From contig NC_047078.1 of assembly GCF_902459465.1 (NCBI RefSeq), forward strand, positions 372,001 through 436,000: DNA of 64,000 nucleotides, written 5' to 3'. This DNA is from Asterias rubens. Taxonomy: Eukaryota. This document shows, in pieces, positions 25,701 through 36,226 of this stretch (position 1 is its first letter; the number at the start of each line of letters is the position of its first letter). The notes under the pieces were generated by a model. It was not told the DNA's origin, ran no database searches, and saw only the letters and a program-made list of their open reading frames with translations. A program made the translations under genes and the position numbers.

Positions 25701-26867
25701 TGACTAGCCAGCAGGACCAGTTAAGTTAGGACCAGTTACATGTAGCTCTACATTTTACTGGTCTGTCAGATTTTGCACTTATCCTTAATTCATACTAAAT
25801 TGGGAAGCTTTTCAACACTGAACTAGTCAGCCGGACCACCTGGAGTGAATTCTGACTGTTCCTCAGGTGTTTTAACTTGAGGCGTCATTGAGGCGTTGTC
25901 ACCTGAGAGCCTAGTGCTTGTCATTGAGGCGTTGTCACCTGAGAGCCTAGTGCTTGTCATTGAGGCGTTGTCACCTGAGAGCCGAGTGCTTGTCATTGAG
26001 GCGTTGTCACCTGAGAGCCTAGTGCTTGTCATTGAGGCGTTGTCACCTAAGGGCCTAGTGCTTGTCATTGAGGCGTTGTCACCTGAGAGCCTAGTGCTTG
26101 TCATTGAGGGGTTGTCACCTGAGAGCCTACCTGGTTATTATGTGTAATTGTTTGTCTCTTGTCCTTCCAGGTTGGACTGACACACCTCTTGGTGACATTG
26201 CAGGCACTTTTGTCAGTCCTGGCAAACCTGGATTGTTGATGTCTTTTTGTTGTCCTCAGTCGTGTAGTACTTTGTCTTCTCTTTTACTGCCTGTCCTCCT
26301 TTTTATATCTTGATGTATCTCCCTTTTTAATGTTTTCCAATCCAGATGTTTATATTTATATAGGCCTATTTAATGTTTTTAAGAGCTTTATCCTTTACGT
26401 ATAAAATTTTTGTATTTTTGTATTTTTATGTGAATTGCCGAATAAATAATAATAATAATAATAATAATAATAGTGCTTGTCATTGAGGCGTTGTCACCTG
26501 AGAGCCTAGTGCTTGTCATTAAGGCGTTGTCACCTGAGAGCCTAGTGCTTGTCATTTAGGCGTTGTCACCTGAGGGCCTAGTGCTTGATTTTTTGAAGGG
26601 CAGGGGTATCAAGCGTCTTCTCCTTTGTGAAGGGGGCACTGCATTTATACATGAATGATATACTAATTGTTTTCCTCATAGGAGCAAGCAAAGCCTGATG
26701 AAGAATCTTTCAAGGATTACTCCAGCATTGTCGCTCCACACCTATCCCACAAGGCCATGCTAGCAGCTGAGAATCTTGGGAGTCAGGTTGCCAGGGTAAT
26801 GCTTAAAAACGGAGCAGACAAGATTCTGGAAGCAGCCAAGAAAGAAATTGAAGAAAAGAGGAAATGA
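19767..26867 (+). CDS. HMBS: Porphobilinogen deaminase (hydroxymethylbilane synthase), 9 coding exons
   Basis: Exons: 19767-19829, 21345-21417, 22012-22195, 22581-22658, 23022-23097, 24081-24194, 25010-25222, 25532-25627, 26682-26867. Motifs: [47 protein letters not shown] and the cofactor cysteine in GGCSAP. Confidence 0.97.
23527..23858 (-). mobile_element. tRNA-derived SINE with V-domain-like core, inside the U12 intron
   Basis: The minus strand has B box GGTTCGATTCCCGG, GAGGGTTTCCCAGACTATCCGGTTTTCCTCCC (resembles the V-SINE domain) and a (TTA)n tail. It is inserted between copies of a 34-bp repeat. Confidence 0.7.
23859..24016. repeat. 34-bp minisatellite, ~4.6 copies (one more copy at ~23492-23526)
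   Basis: Unit GACGCTAGAATCACTGGCCTCAGTTTACTAGCCG at 23859, 23893, 23927, 23961 and 23995. Confidence 0.92.
24182..24405 (+). repeat. 32-bp tandem repeat, 7 copies, spanning the HMBS exon 6 donor site
   Basis: Unit TAGAATTAGCCAG|GTAAGTCAATGTTAGCCGC. Copy 1 contains the real donor, copies 2-3 read CTAAGT, and copies 4-7 keep GTAAGT. Confidence 0.95.
25884..26587. repeat. 36-bp minisatellite (~10 copies) interrupted by a ~340-bp insertion
   Basis: Unit GTCATTGAGGCGTTGTCACCTGAGAGCCTAGTGCTT. The array stops at 26129 and resumes in register at 26471. Confidence 0.92.
26130..26470 (+). mobile_element. Probable 5'-truncated retroelement 3' end with (AAT)n tail
   Basis: The insert splits a repeat unit at GAGAGCCTA|GTGCTT and ends AATAAATAATAAT...; there is no coding remnant to classify it. 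Confidence 0.55.
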
Positions 26868-28720
26868 GATGCTCACGTGGCAGGGGACAGCCAGTTTTGT
26901 TTTTTCCAGTCGGGTGCTTTTTTGGGGGGCTTTGAGAAGCGGTAGTCTTGATTGCGTTTGGATACAGGGAGCTAGACAGATGCTGTGGCAGGATGATAGA
27001 AATCTCTTAGATGTGTAGATCAGGTAGTAGGATGGGCTTCCATGAGATGTACCTTTTGATACTATTGTGTGTGGGATGACCCTAGTACTGCAAAACTTCC
27101 ACCTTTTAGAAATATATATATATTTTTTTTATGTGCCTATTCTACAAACCAATTACCCGCCGACCCACCAGTAAAATACTAGAACGAAAGTGTCCGAGAC
27201 TACAAGTCTGAGTGATGCTGTATGACAACTAGGGCCGTGTTTCATAGAGCTGCTTAAGCACAAAAAGTAGCTAAGCACAACAAAATTATGCTTATCACGT
27301 GTACCACTTGTGACTGGTAATGTATTCTGCTAAATTTTCTGCTTGAGCACCCTTTTGAAAATGGGCCCTGCTGGCTAAATTATGTATACGTAGATGCACT
27401 AGGCAAGTTTTCTTGGGTTTAGTGAACTGGATGATTAATTAAGTAATAAGCCACAAGGGAGACTGCTTTTTTTGTCATTATTTTATTGAGTAGCACTGAC
27501 ATGCGTGAATAATAAGAAAGGGAAATGTCTAAAACGTAATGACTATCTGATTCAAGACCTTGCATGTTTTTACAAAGAACCCCAAAGCAAAGCAAAACTC
27601 ACTTTACGGTTACCATAAAATTTACACTGCACTCATTTGTTGGTGGTTTGAAAGGAATATGCCTCTTTTAATAATGCATGAGGTAGGTCACAATGCTAAC
27701 CCAAAACGAGGTGCATCCACTGCAAGTGATGGCGGACGAGCGCCCATAGCCTCATTTTGGGTAAAATTATGACGTCATGAATAAATATTTAGAGAGGCAT
27801 ATTGTTAAAAACAAAGGTTGTGAGAACGGCTGTGGTGCTGGGTTGTTGGTTCAAGTAAAAAAGTATTTTGGCATAAAAATGGGAGTAAAAACTCCCCTCT
27901 CAGCTTCTCAGTTTCATTATAGTGTTTCAATTTGCGACAATTTCAGCTTGAAACCGTACTTTGTTTCCTCTATTTCTGAAAATGAGTTGAGCAGAATTTT
28001 GAAAAAATTTGTATTTAGAATAAGATGCATTTCCTCCAATGAATGCGCTCAAATTTCACAAATCTTGCAGAGCTCTCTCTGGATAAGGAGTTGTTTTGAA
28101 AATGTTTTTCTTAAAAAGTAGGTCTCTTTTTCTAGACATATTATATATATATTGGATGATCTTTTTATAGGTTTTGGTTTACAAAACCTGTTATCCAGTC
28201 TTCAAAGTCAGATATGTTTGATTTTATGGGAAAGTACTGGACTTCTTGCCAGTGGTCCAGTGGGTATTTAGAACCTTAAGGTGCTTTTGAAATAGTACAA
28301 ACAAATCATTAAAATGATTTATTATTTGTATGTCAGGTTGTATAATAATAAAAATCTGTTCCAAAAGTCTATTTCAGTGTTTCAAAGGTTATATTTTTTG
28401 TATTATAGTTTGCAAGAAAAATGCACTTTTGTATAATTGTTAACGATGGTTGATGAATCGTACTGTTCATTTCTTGAATCAAGAATACCTCAAGAAGCCA
28501 CAAATTGAGCAGGGTGGCTGGCTGCCTAAACAGGATAAGTAGGTATACTTACTCACGGGGGTGACCGGGTGATAAGGCATTACTTGGAATAGCTTTTTTG
28601 AGTGTGTCGATATGAAAGATTTATGAGACATTAGTTTGCACTTTTCATTAATGATGTTCATTTCTTGAGATGAGGTCATGATCACACAAGGAACAATATT
28701 GTAAGCATGTTGGCTATTTA

Positions 28721-29106
28721 TTAAAGGCAGAGGACACTCTTGGTAATTAACCAAGATAGTTATTAGCATAAAACCTTACTTGCTAACGAGTATCGGGGAG
28801 ACATTGATAGTATAAAACAATGTGAGAAACGGCTCCCTCTGAAGTGGCGTAGTTATCGAGAAAGAAGTAATTTCCACGAATTTGATTTCGAGACTTCAAG
28901 TTTAGAATTTGAGGTCCCAAAATCAAGCATCTGAAAGGACACAACTTCATGTGACAAGGGTGTTTTTTCTTCCAATATTATCGCGCAATTTCGATGACCA
29001 ATTGAGTTCAAATTTTCACAGGTTTGTTAGGTTATGCATCCGTTGAGATACACCAAGTGAGAAGATGGTCTTTGACAATTACCATTATAGTGTCCATTGT
29101 CTTTAA
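28721..29106. mobile_element. TTAA-flanked MITE (Kolobok-like family)
   Basis: TTAA|AGGCAGAGGACAC...GTGTCCATTGTCT|TTAA. TTAA TSDs with 5'-AG...CT-3' termini fit Kolobok rather than piggyBac. Confidence 0.8.
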
Positions 29107-29340
29107 AACAAAAAGAGTACAAGTTAAATATTTACCTGTAGCCATACATCACAAACATTACAAGTAGACATGAAAAGCCACTCATTGGCTCATTCCCTTG
29201 ATTACTCTCCATCTGTGGCATATCCATTGATTCATTGATTCATATGTTTGACTCATTAATATTCATGACGCCATTCCTTGATTACTCTCAATCTGTGGCA
29301 CCCATCCATTGAATCCTCCATTTTGGCGCGCTCTGGAAGG

Positions 29341-32300
29341 TCATGAATATTCACTCATTGGCTCCTCCATGTTTGAATCGTTAATATTCATGACGTCATT
29401 ACTCTCCATTGGTGGCACATCCATTGAATCTTCCATTAGGGCGGGGCCTGATTGTTTCTGATTAGCTCCTACCTTCTTAGGTTTAGTCTTTTGTTTTTGG
29501 TGCCCTCGTTGAAATGACCGTGTCCCTCCACGACCAAATGATATGTTGACTGGGACCCTAGGTCTGCTTTGAGCTTGTGAACCACGCCCTGCATTCACTG
29601 TTAGTGTCTCACTGGATGCTGAGTAGGTTGCATCACTCGGGGGTAGGGGTGTATCACCATGTGTGGCACCACCTGCTGGCGCTTCAGTGTCCATCTGATC
29701 TTCACCGATACTCGATGCTGGTTTAGCTGCTGGTTTTGACCTGCCCCACAGAGGAAAATAACGAATAGAATTGGTTATAAAATTAACTTGAGAGGCTAAT
29801 CATCCTTACTTGCAGCTGAGAAGCTGATTTGCGAAGGATGCGCATAATTTATGAGAAAAATGTATGTACTTTCAAAATGAAAGTTGAAAACTCATTCTTT
29901 AAAGGAACACGTTGCCTTGGATCGGACGAGTTGGTCTATAAAAAGCAACTGTAACCGTTTGTTATAAAATGCATATGGTTAGAAAGATGTAGAATACAAT
30001 GATCTACACAAATTTGCCTCGAAATTGCGTGGTTTTTGTTTTACTTTGCAAACTAACACGGTCAGCCATTTATGAGAGTCAAAAATTTTACTCCCATAAA
30101 TGGCCGACCGTGTTAGTTGAGGAGGTAAAAGGAAAACCACGCAATTTCGAGGCATGTTTGTGTGTATCATTGTATTCTACTTTTACAACATCTTTCTAAC
30201 CATATCGATTTTATAACAAACGGTTACAGAATGCTTTTCAAAGACCAAATCGGTCGATCCAAAGCATAAGTTCCTTTAAGACAAGGTTTGGTATTGGTAT
30301 TGGATAAATAAAAGAATTACATGTACCTTGGTTTACAGATCCCCTTTTGGAATCTAAAGTTAGCTGGATAGTGATGGTGTTTGATCAAGTGATCTTTCCT
30401 CTTCAGACCGTCGACAAACTTGTCACTACAGCTCTCAATCAGACACTGGTACTGGAAGAATTTACACAAGTACAAAAAAGAAATTTAAAAGGGAAGCTAT
30501 ACGTTTTGTTAATCAATCTTAACATTAATGGTAATAAAAACTTTTGGTTAGAAGCCTACATCAGCTTTCGATAGTAAAAAGCATTTTGAGGAACATTTCA
30601 CTTTAGTAGTATGGCTATGTATATCAGTTTTTTTTGCCAAAAAAACTGAGTCTGAGAAGGCCAACTGTCGTTATGCTTCTCATATTATTTATGCAAATCC
30701 TAATAGAAATTATTCTTCCTGCATATGCTGCATGGACATATTATTCGCTATGGATTTGTTGGCGTTATCTCAAAAATACGACCACCATTTGAAATTAAAA
30801 TTGTCACAGGTTAGTTTTATAGTACACTCCAACATTTATATAGGATTAAAACAATCAAAAAGGTTCCAAAAACCTAAGGTATACTTTGCCTTTAAATATG
30901 ATATAATCTGCCTTGGTCTGTACCTACCATTGGCTGCTTCTGTGCCATGATCTCAAACAAGGAGTCATGTGACTCTGATATATGAATATCAAGGAGATGA
31001 TTGGACGGATATGAGCGACGGCAGTAGCGACAGATGTTACGATGAGAGCCGTTGTAGTGGATCTCGAAAGACGCAACCGTCGTAAAGGTTTGGTTGCAGC
31101 CCATCACATGACATTTGAAATCTTTATGCCTGTATTGAAAGAAGAAAATAAATATTTAATGAAACAAGTATTTTTCTAATATGCAACAATGGAACAAAGG
31201 ATTATGCTGATCAGTAATTCAAAAAAACAGTTGATACTATGGAACTAAATCTATTTATGTGTAGGCCCTATAAGACAAATTTGAAATAATAAATATTAAG
31301 AAATCTTGCACAATACAAGGTGAAGTGGCCGTGTGGTTTAGGGTGGTGGACTCAAATCTGCAGTTTACAGAACGTGTATCTGTATTCAAATCCTGGCCTG
31401 GTCGGTTGTGACACTTGTGTCCTTGATCTAGGCACTTTATCATAATTGTGTCTCTCTACCAAGGAGTAGAAATGGGTACCGATGAGAGCTGGAGAGTAAC
31501 CTGGGATGGACTGGCATCCTGTCAAGGGGAATATAAACATTCTCATTTTGTTTAAAGGCAGTGGACACTATTGGTAATTACTCAAAATAATTATCATCAT
31601 AAAACCCTACTTGGTAACGAGTAATGGGGAGAGGTTGATAGTATAAAACCTCGTGAGACACGGCTTCCCCTGAAGTAACATAGTTTTCGAGAAAGAAGAA
31701 ATTTTCCACGAATTTGATTTTGAGACCACACTGCAGATTTAGACTTTGCGGTCACAAAATTAAGCATCTAAAAGCACACAACTTCGTGTGACAAGGGTGT
31801 TTTTTTCTTTCATTATTTTTCTCGCAACTTCGATGACCGATTGAGCTCAAAACTTTCACAAATTTGTTATTTTATGTATATGTTGAGATACACCAACTGT
31901 AAAGACTGGTCTTTGACAATTACAAATAGTGTCCAGTGTCTTTAATGCTAGGAAACCAGAGATATCCACCTGCCTGATGAGCAATATTGACTGAATACAG
32001 ACTCTTTACTTGTAAACTACTTAATTCACCTGATATGATCTTCTTCCTCCTCATCATAATGCTCATGTACTGGCATCTGCTTGTAGGATAAGCTTGTCTC
32101 AAGATTACCATCTTCAAAGAAAGCATCTCCTGAAATTATGACAAGAAAAACATGCATATTAATCCTAAATTTATGTGCATTTTCAAAGACCAAATCCACA
32201 TTGACATTCAAGGAAACAAAAATTACTTCTCATTACGACACACAGAAATCATCCTCGGATACTGCACATGATCTTAACTGTCACTTTGCTCGTATATGCA

Positions 32301-34604
32301 ATGAACTACCAAGCCTTGATTTGTGTGCTCAGCCCTCCTACCTTCCCGCTCTCCCCCCTCCAATCATTGCTAGACAAGAGGTCTACAATAAGCTTCGAAA
32401 ATTGAATGCGACAAAATCTGGTCACCCAACTGATGTCCCCATTCGGTTGTTGAAGGAGTTCGCCTACGAGATTTCCGAGCCCCTAACTACAATTTTCAAT
32501 GAATGTCTGCGTGGCGGCCATTTCCCTAGTAACTGGAAAACGGCATCTGTTTGTCCTGTGCCGAAGTCATCCCCAGTCACCGATTTTAGTCAACTCCGCC
32601 CTATCTCCATAACTCCGATTTTAGCACGTGTGTTTGAAAGTTTCCTTGCTGAGTGGGTGATGGCTGACATCAAAGATCAAGTTGACCCAAGACAATTTGG
32701 CAATATGAAGGGCAGTTCTGTGAACCACTATCTGATCAGTTTGCTGGATGAGATCTACAGGGGCCTTGATAAACCGGGTCACTATGCTACTATCTGTACA
32801 ATAGACTTCATGAAAGCCTTTGATCTGATCGATCATACGAAAGCGCTCCACAAGCTGATCAAAGTTGGAGTTAATCCGTCCCTCATTCCTGTTATCGCAG
32901 ATTTTCTCTCAAATCGCACGCAGACAGTTTGATATAGCGGTGCATCCTCTTCTGAGCTTAGTCTGTCTTGTGGGGTCCCTCAAGGAACTAAACTTGGGCC
33001 AGTGATCTTCCTAATTATGATAAATGATGCTGCCATGACAACCGGAAAAAGATGGAAATATGTCAACGACCTAACAATTGCTGAAGTCACCCACAAGTCA
33101 CGTACCAGTGATTTACAAACCCATGTGGATGCTGTGTCAGAGTGGAGCCATACTAACTCTATGAAACCCAAGGCTGAAAAATGTAAAGTCATTCAAGTTA
33201 GCTTCTTACACAGTGACATCCCTACTCCTGTGATCACAATGGATAATCAAGTTTTAGAATCTGTGTCTTCACTGCGGCTGCTTGGTGTGATAGTCCAATC
33301 TGATCTTAAGTGGGATCTTCAAGTGCAACAAATGATCTCGCGTGCATCTCGCCGATTGTACATCTTAAGCAAATTGAAGCGGAATTGTGTCCCTCTTAGT
33401 GATCTTATCTACATCCCTGCGTACATCCGTCCTCTACTTGAGTTTTGCGCTCCTGTGTGGAGCAGTAATCTAACAAGTCACCAGTCTGTTAGTATTGAAA
33501 GGGTACAACGAAGAGCTCTTCGAATCATCATGTTTCCTAACCGGCATCATTATGAGGATCTCCTGATAGATATTGGTATTCCCTCCCTTGCATCAAGAAG
33601 AACAGAAATGTATATTTTTTGGTTTGCGGTAACACCATGTGTGTATAGATACACACATGGTGTTACCGCAAACCAAATATACATTGATACCTCACCATGC
33701 AATGCCTCAAATCCTATATAAGAACAGAAATACTAACAGACTTTGCCAAATCTATCACAATCTCAACACGACACCGAGATTTTTTCCCCCGTGAACGCCA
33801 AACACTCTCCCGCACTGGACTGAGAAACTCACACAACATTCACTTGCCCCTATATGAGAACTCAGAGATATAAAATGTCTAGTGTTGCAGCATTAGTGAG
33901 ACTGTATAATAATCGGTGATTTCATCAACAAGTATTTCTAACAGTTGGGTTAATTTTTATCAAATTTTTATCAAATTTGATCAAATTTTTTAAATTTGTG
34001 CATTCATGCCTACAGTTTCTTCTCCTTGTTAAGTCAGAGTTTGTTGTCTTTTGTAATTTTGAATAATAATGAATTTTCAGTTTTATCAAATTTTTATCAA
34101 ATTTAATCAAATGTTTATCTTTTTTTGTGCATTCATGCCTGGAGCTTTTCTTCTCTTCTTTTAAGTCAGAGTTTTTTTGTTTTTTTGTAATTGTTAACAA
34201 TAATGAATGTAAACACACCAATTTAAGTCTTTTTAACTTCTGTCATGTATTTTGTGATATTTTTAATAAACCTTAATGAATTGAATTGAATGAATTGAAT
34301 TGAATGAATTGAATTGAAAAGGCTAGTGCAGAAATTTTGGCACTTGCACGTTAGCGGGGAATCGTGATCATAAGCACAGAATCCAGCGGTAAGTGGAGCC
34401 ATGAAATTGGGCCCTACAGCTACTTAGTAGAATAATAATAACCCTCCATCCTCTGGTCTCGATAGTCTCATTCTGTCGGGAGGATGGAGGGTTCTGATTA
34501 ACGCAACACTCACCTGGTTGTAACCTTCTACTCCTTGGTACATAGCCAAGACGCACTGGAGTACTATCTTCCGTCGTCTCACATGGTGACATTTCCTCCT
34601 CCAT
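29341..34604 (-). CDS. ZNF511: Zinc finger protein 511-like, 5 coding exons, 305 aa
   Basis: Exons: 34604-34514, 32129-32030, 31129-30928, 30451-30327, 29740-29341; phases are consistent. Motifs: FFEDG, FKCHVMGCNQTF...HYNGSHRNICRYCRRSYPSNHLLDIHISESHDSLF, YQCLIESC...RKDHLIKHHHYPANFRF and VPVNISFGRGGTRSF. Confidence 0.88.
29899..30279. mobile_element. Foldback-type MITE, almost fully palindromic, TTAA-flanked (other copies at 45177-45543 and partial at 17035-17130)
   Basis: TTAAAGGAAC...GTTCCTTTAA with long internal inverted arms (GTAACCGTTTGTTATAAAAT / TTTATAACAAACGGTTAC). Confidence 0.8.
31320..31530 (+). mobile_element. Degenerate tRNA-derived SINE
   Basis: A-box-like GTGGCCGTGTGGTT, degenerate B box ATTCAAATCC, CORE-like GTGACACTTGTGTCCTTG...AAATGGGTACC. 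Confidence 0.55.
31552..31945. mobile_element. TTAA-flanked MITE (Kolobok-like family)
   Basis: TTAA|AGGCAGTGGACACTATTGGTAATT...AATAGTGTCCAGTGTCT|TTAA. Confidence 0.85.
32215..34318 (+). mobile_element. 5'-truncated, inactivated non-LTR retrotransposon (CR1/L2-group-like reverse transcriptase) in ZNF511 intron 1, antisense to the host gene
   Basis: RT motifs PVPK, LRPISITPILARVFE, QFG, DFMKAFD, GVPQGTKLGP and YVND (D>N). There is an in-frame TGA at 32930-32932, a 110-bp insertion at 33610-33719, and an (ATTGA)n tail ending ~34318. The 5' boundary is approximate. Confidence 0.92.
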
Positions 34605-34904
34605 TCTTGCAGAATGCTGTTCAAAAGAGACATGGATTCATTTTATTGATTAATTGGGCCAGATACGACTAGCCTACTTGGGCCAATTGATTTGTTTTAA
34701 ATTGTTTAACCAGGGTTTATTTACTCACAACCCAATCATTTGAAGTATGAACCAGGCTTTTGGAGTTTGACCATCTTGAATACAATGACAGAATTTCAGA
34801 AAGATCATCTATGCTATAAATAAAAACAAAACAAAACAAAAAACAACCTAACACCCAAAACTTGCCAAACCAAACAACCCAACAAACACCCTGACAAACA
34901 ACCA

Positions 34905-35057
34905 NNNNNNNNNNNNNNNNNNNNNNNNNNNNNNNNNNNNNNNNNNNNNNNNNNNNNNNNNNNNNNNNNNNNNNNNNNNNNNNNNNNNNNNNNNNNNNNN
35001 NNNNNNNNNNNNNNNNNNNNNNNNNNNNNNNNNNNNNNNNNNNNNNNNNNNNNNNNN
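34905..35057. other. Assembly gap (N run) flanked by (CAAA)n-like simple sequence
   Basis: 153 N characters. Confidence 0.99.
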
Positions 35058-35099
35058 CAGACAGGTAAACAAACAAACAAACACCCCAACAAACAAACA

Positions 35100-35385
35100 A
35101 AGGGGGGTGGGGGCGACTGTATCGGGGGGAGGCGACTGTGTTGGGGGGCGACTGTGTTGGGGGGGGCGACTGTGTCGGGGGGCGACTGTGTCGGGAGTGA
35201 TTGTGTCGGGGGCGACTGTGTCGGGGGGAGACTTTGTAGGGGGCGACATGTGAGGGCTAGGGGGGCGACTTTGTACACGGAGGGGGCGAGCTTGCTAGCT
35301 AGGGGGCGACTTTGTAAATTGTAGGGGGCGACTTTGTAGGGGGCGACTTTGTAGGGGGCGACTTTGCCAGGGGGCGAGATGACTG
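35100..35385. repeat. G-rich degenerate short tandem repeat (GGGGGCGACT core)
   Basis: GGGGGCGACTGTGTC / GGGGGCGACTTTGTA units repeat about 15 times. Confidence 0.85.
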
Positions 35386-36226
35386 GCATTCTAGTGGGCT
35401 ATATCACATAAATGCCAGCGGCAGACAACATGGCAGAGAACTGGTCATACTGGTGAACAGGCAGGGGATGGGAAAACAAGAAGGTCGAGTTGTCCCACCA
35501 CCGTAAACACTAGTTTTAATCCTACAAAATGTTGAAAACAGGTGTTATTTACAGCATACTGCGGGTACAATTAAACAGTAATACTTATAATACATGTCAT
35601 TAGTGAACAACAAACCTTTTTTTCAAAATCGAGAAACGTTTCGATGCGTTTGCAGCACGGACGGATCTGCAGACGTGTGTTCCGCCATTTTTAAAACACG
35701 TATCCAAGCTCCAGCCTTCTTTTTAGTCAGCCAATGCAAAGCGGTTTCAGTGAAATTGATTAAATATGGTAATTTATAGTTTTAATAAAAAACAATTCAT
35801 TTTGGGCTTTACTTTTCAAAAAACGTACCTTCAATTCAAAATAAATAAATTGCATTGTTCATTTTGTGTCTTCATTTACTGCAGATAACCATGGGAACTT
35901 GTGAAATTAACAAAGAAACGTAAAACATCGAAATTGATGTAATATGAATATGCAACAGCTATTTTCTTTTGCCCAATCAAGAACTTGAAAACAAACTCCC
36001 GCTCTACCTAATTTGCATTTTACGCGGGGTATTTACGGGGTTTCGCCGGCGGTGGCGTTTTACTATAAACAGCAACTGCTTAATTGGTGGATGGAAAGTG
36101 TGAACGCACGGTCAGTTTTCGGACAGTGCTTAAAAAACTCCGAAAAGTCCTGTATTTATAAATAATTGTTTGAGCTTATAAACAACAACAGGAAATCCAT
36201 CTTTTGACAACAAGGTTTGCTGGGTA

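Noticed and set aside
25823-26147. [12 protein letters not shown] repeat ORF and its antisense
   Set aside because: A 36-bp minisatellite within an HMBS intron.
34717-35389. Pro-rich ORFs of 127-191 aa
   Set aside because: They span an N gap and a G-rich simple repeat.
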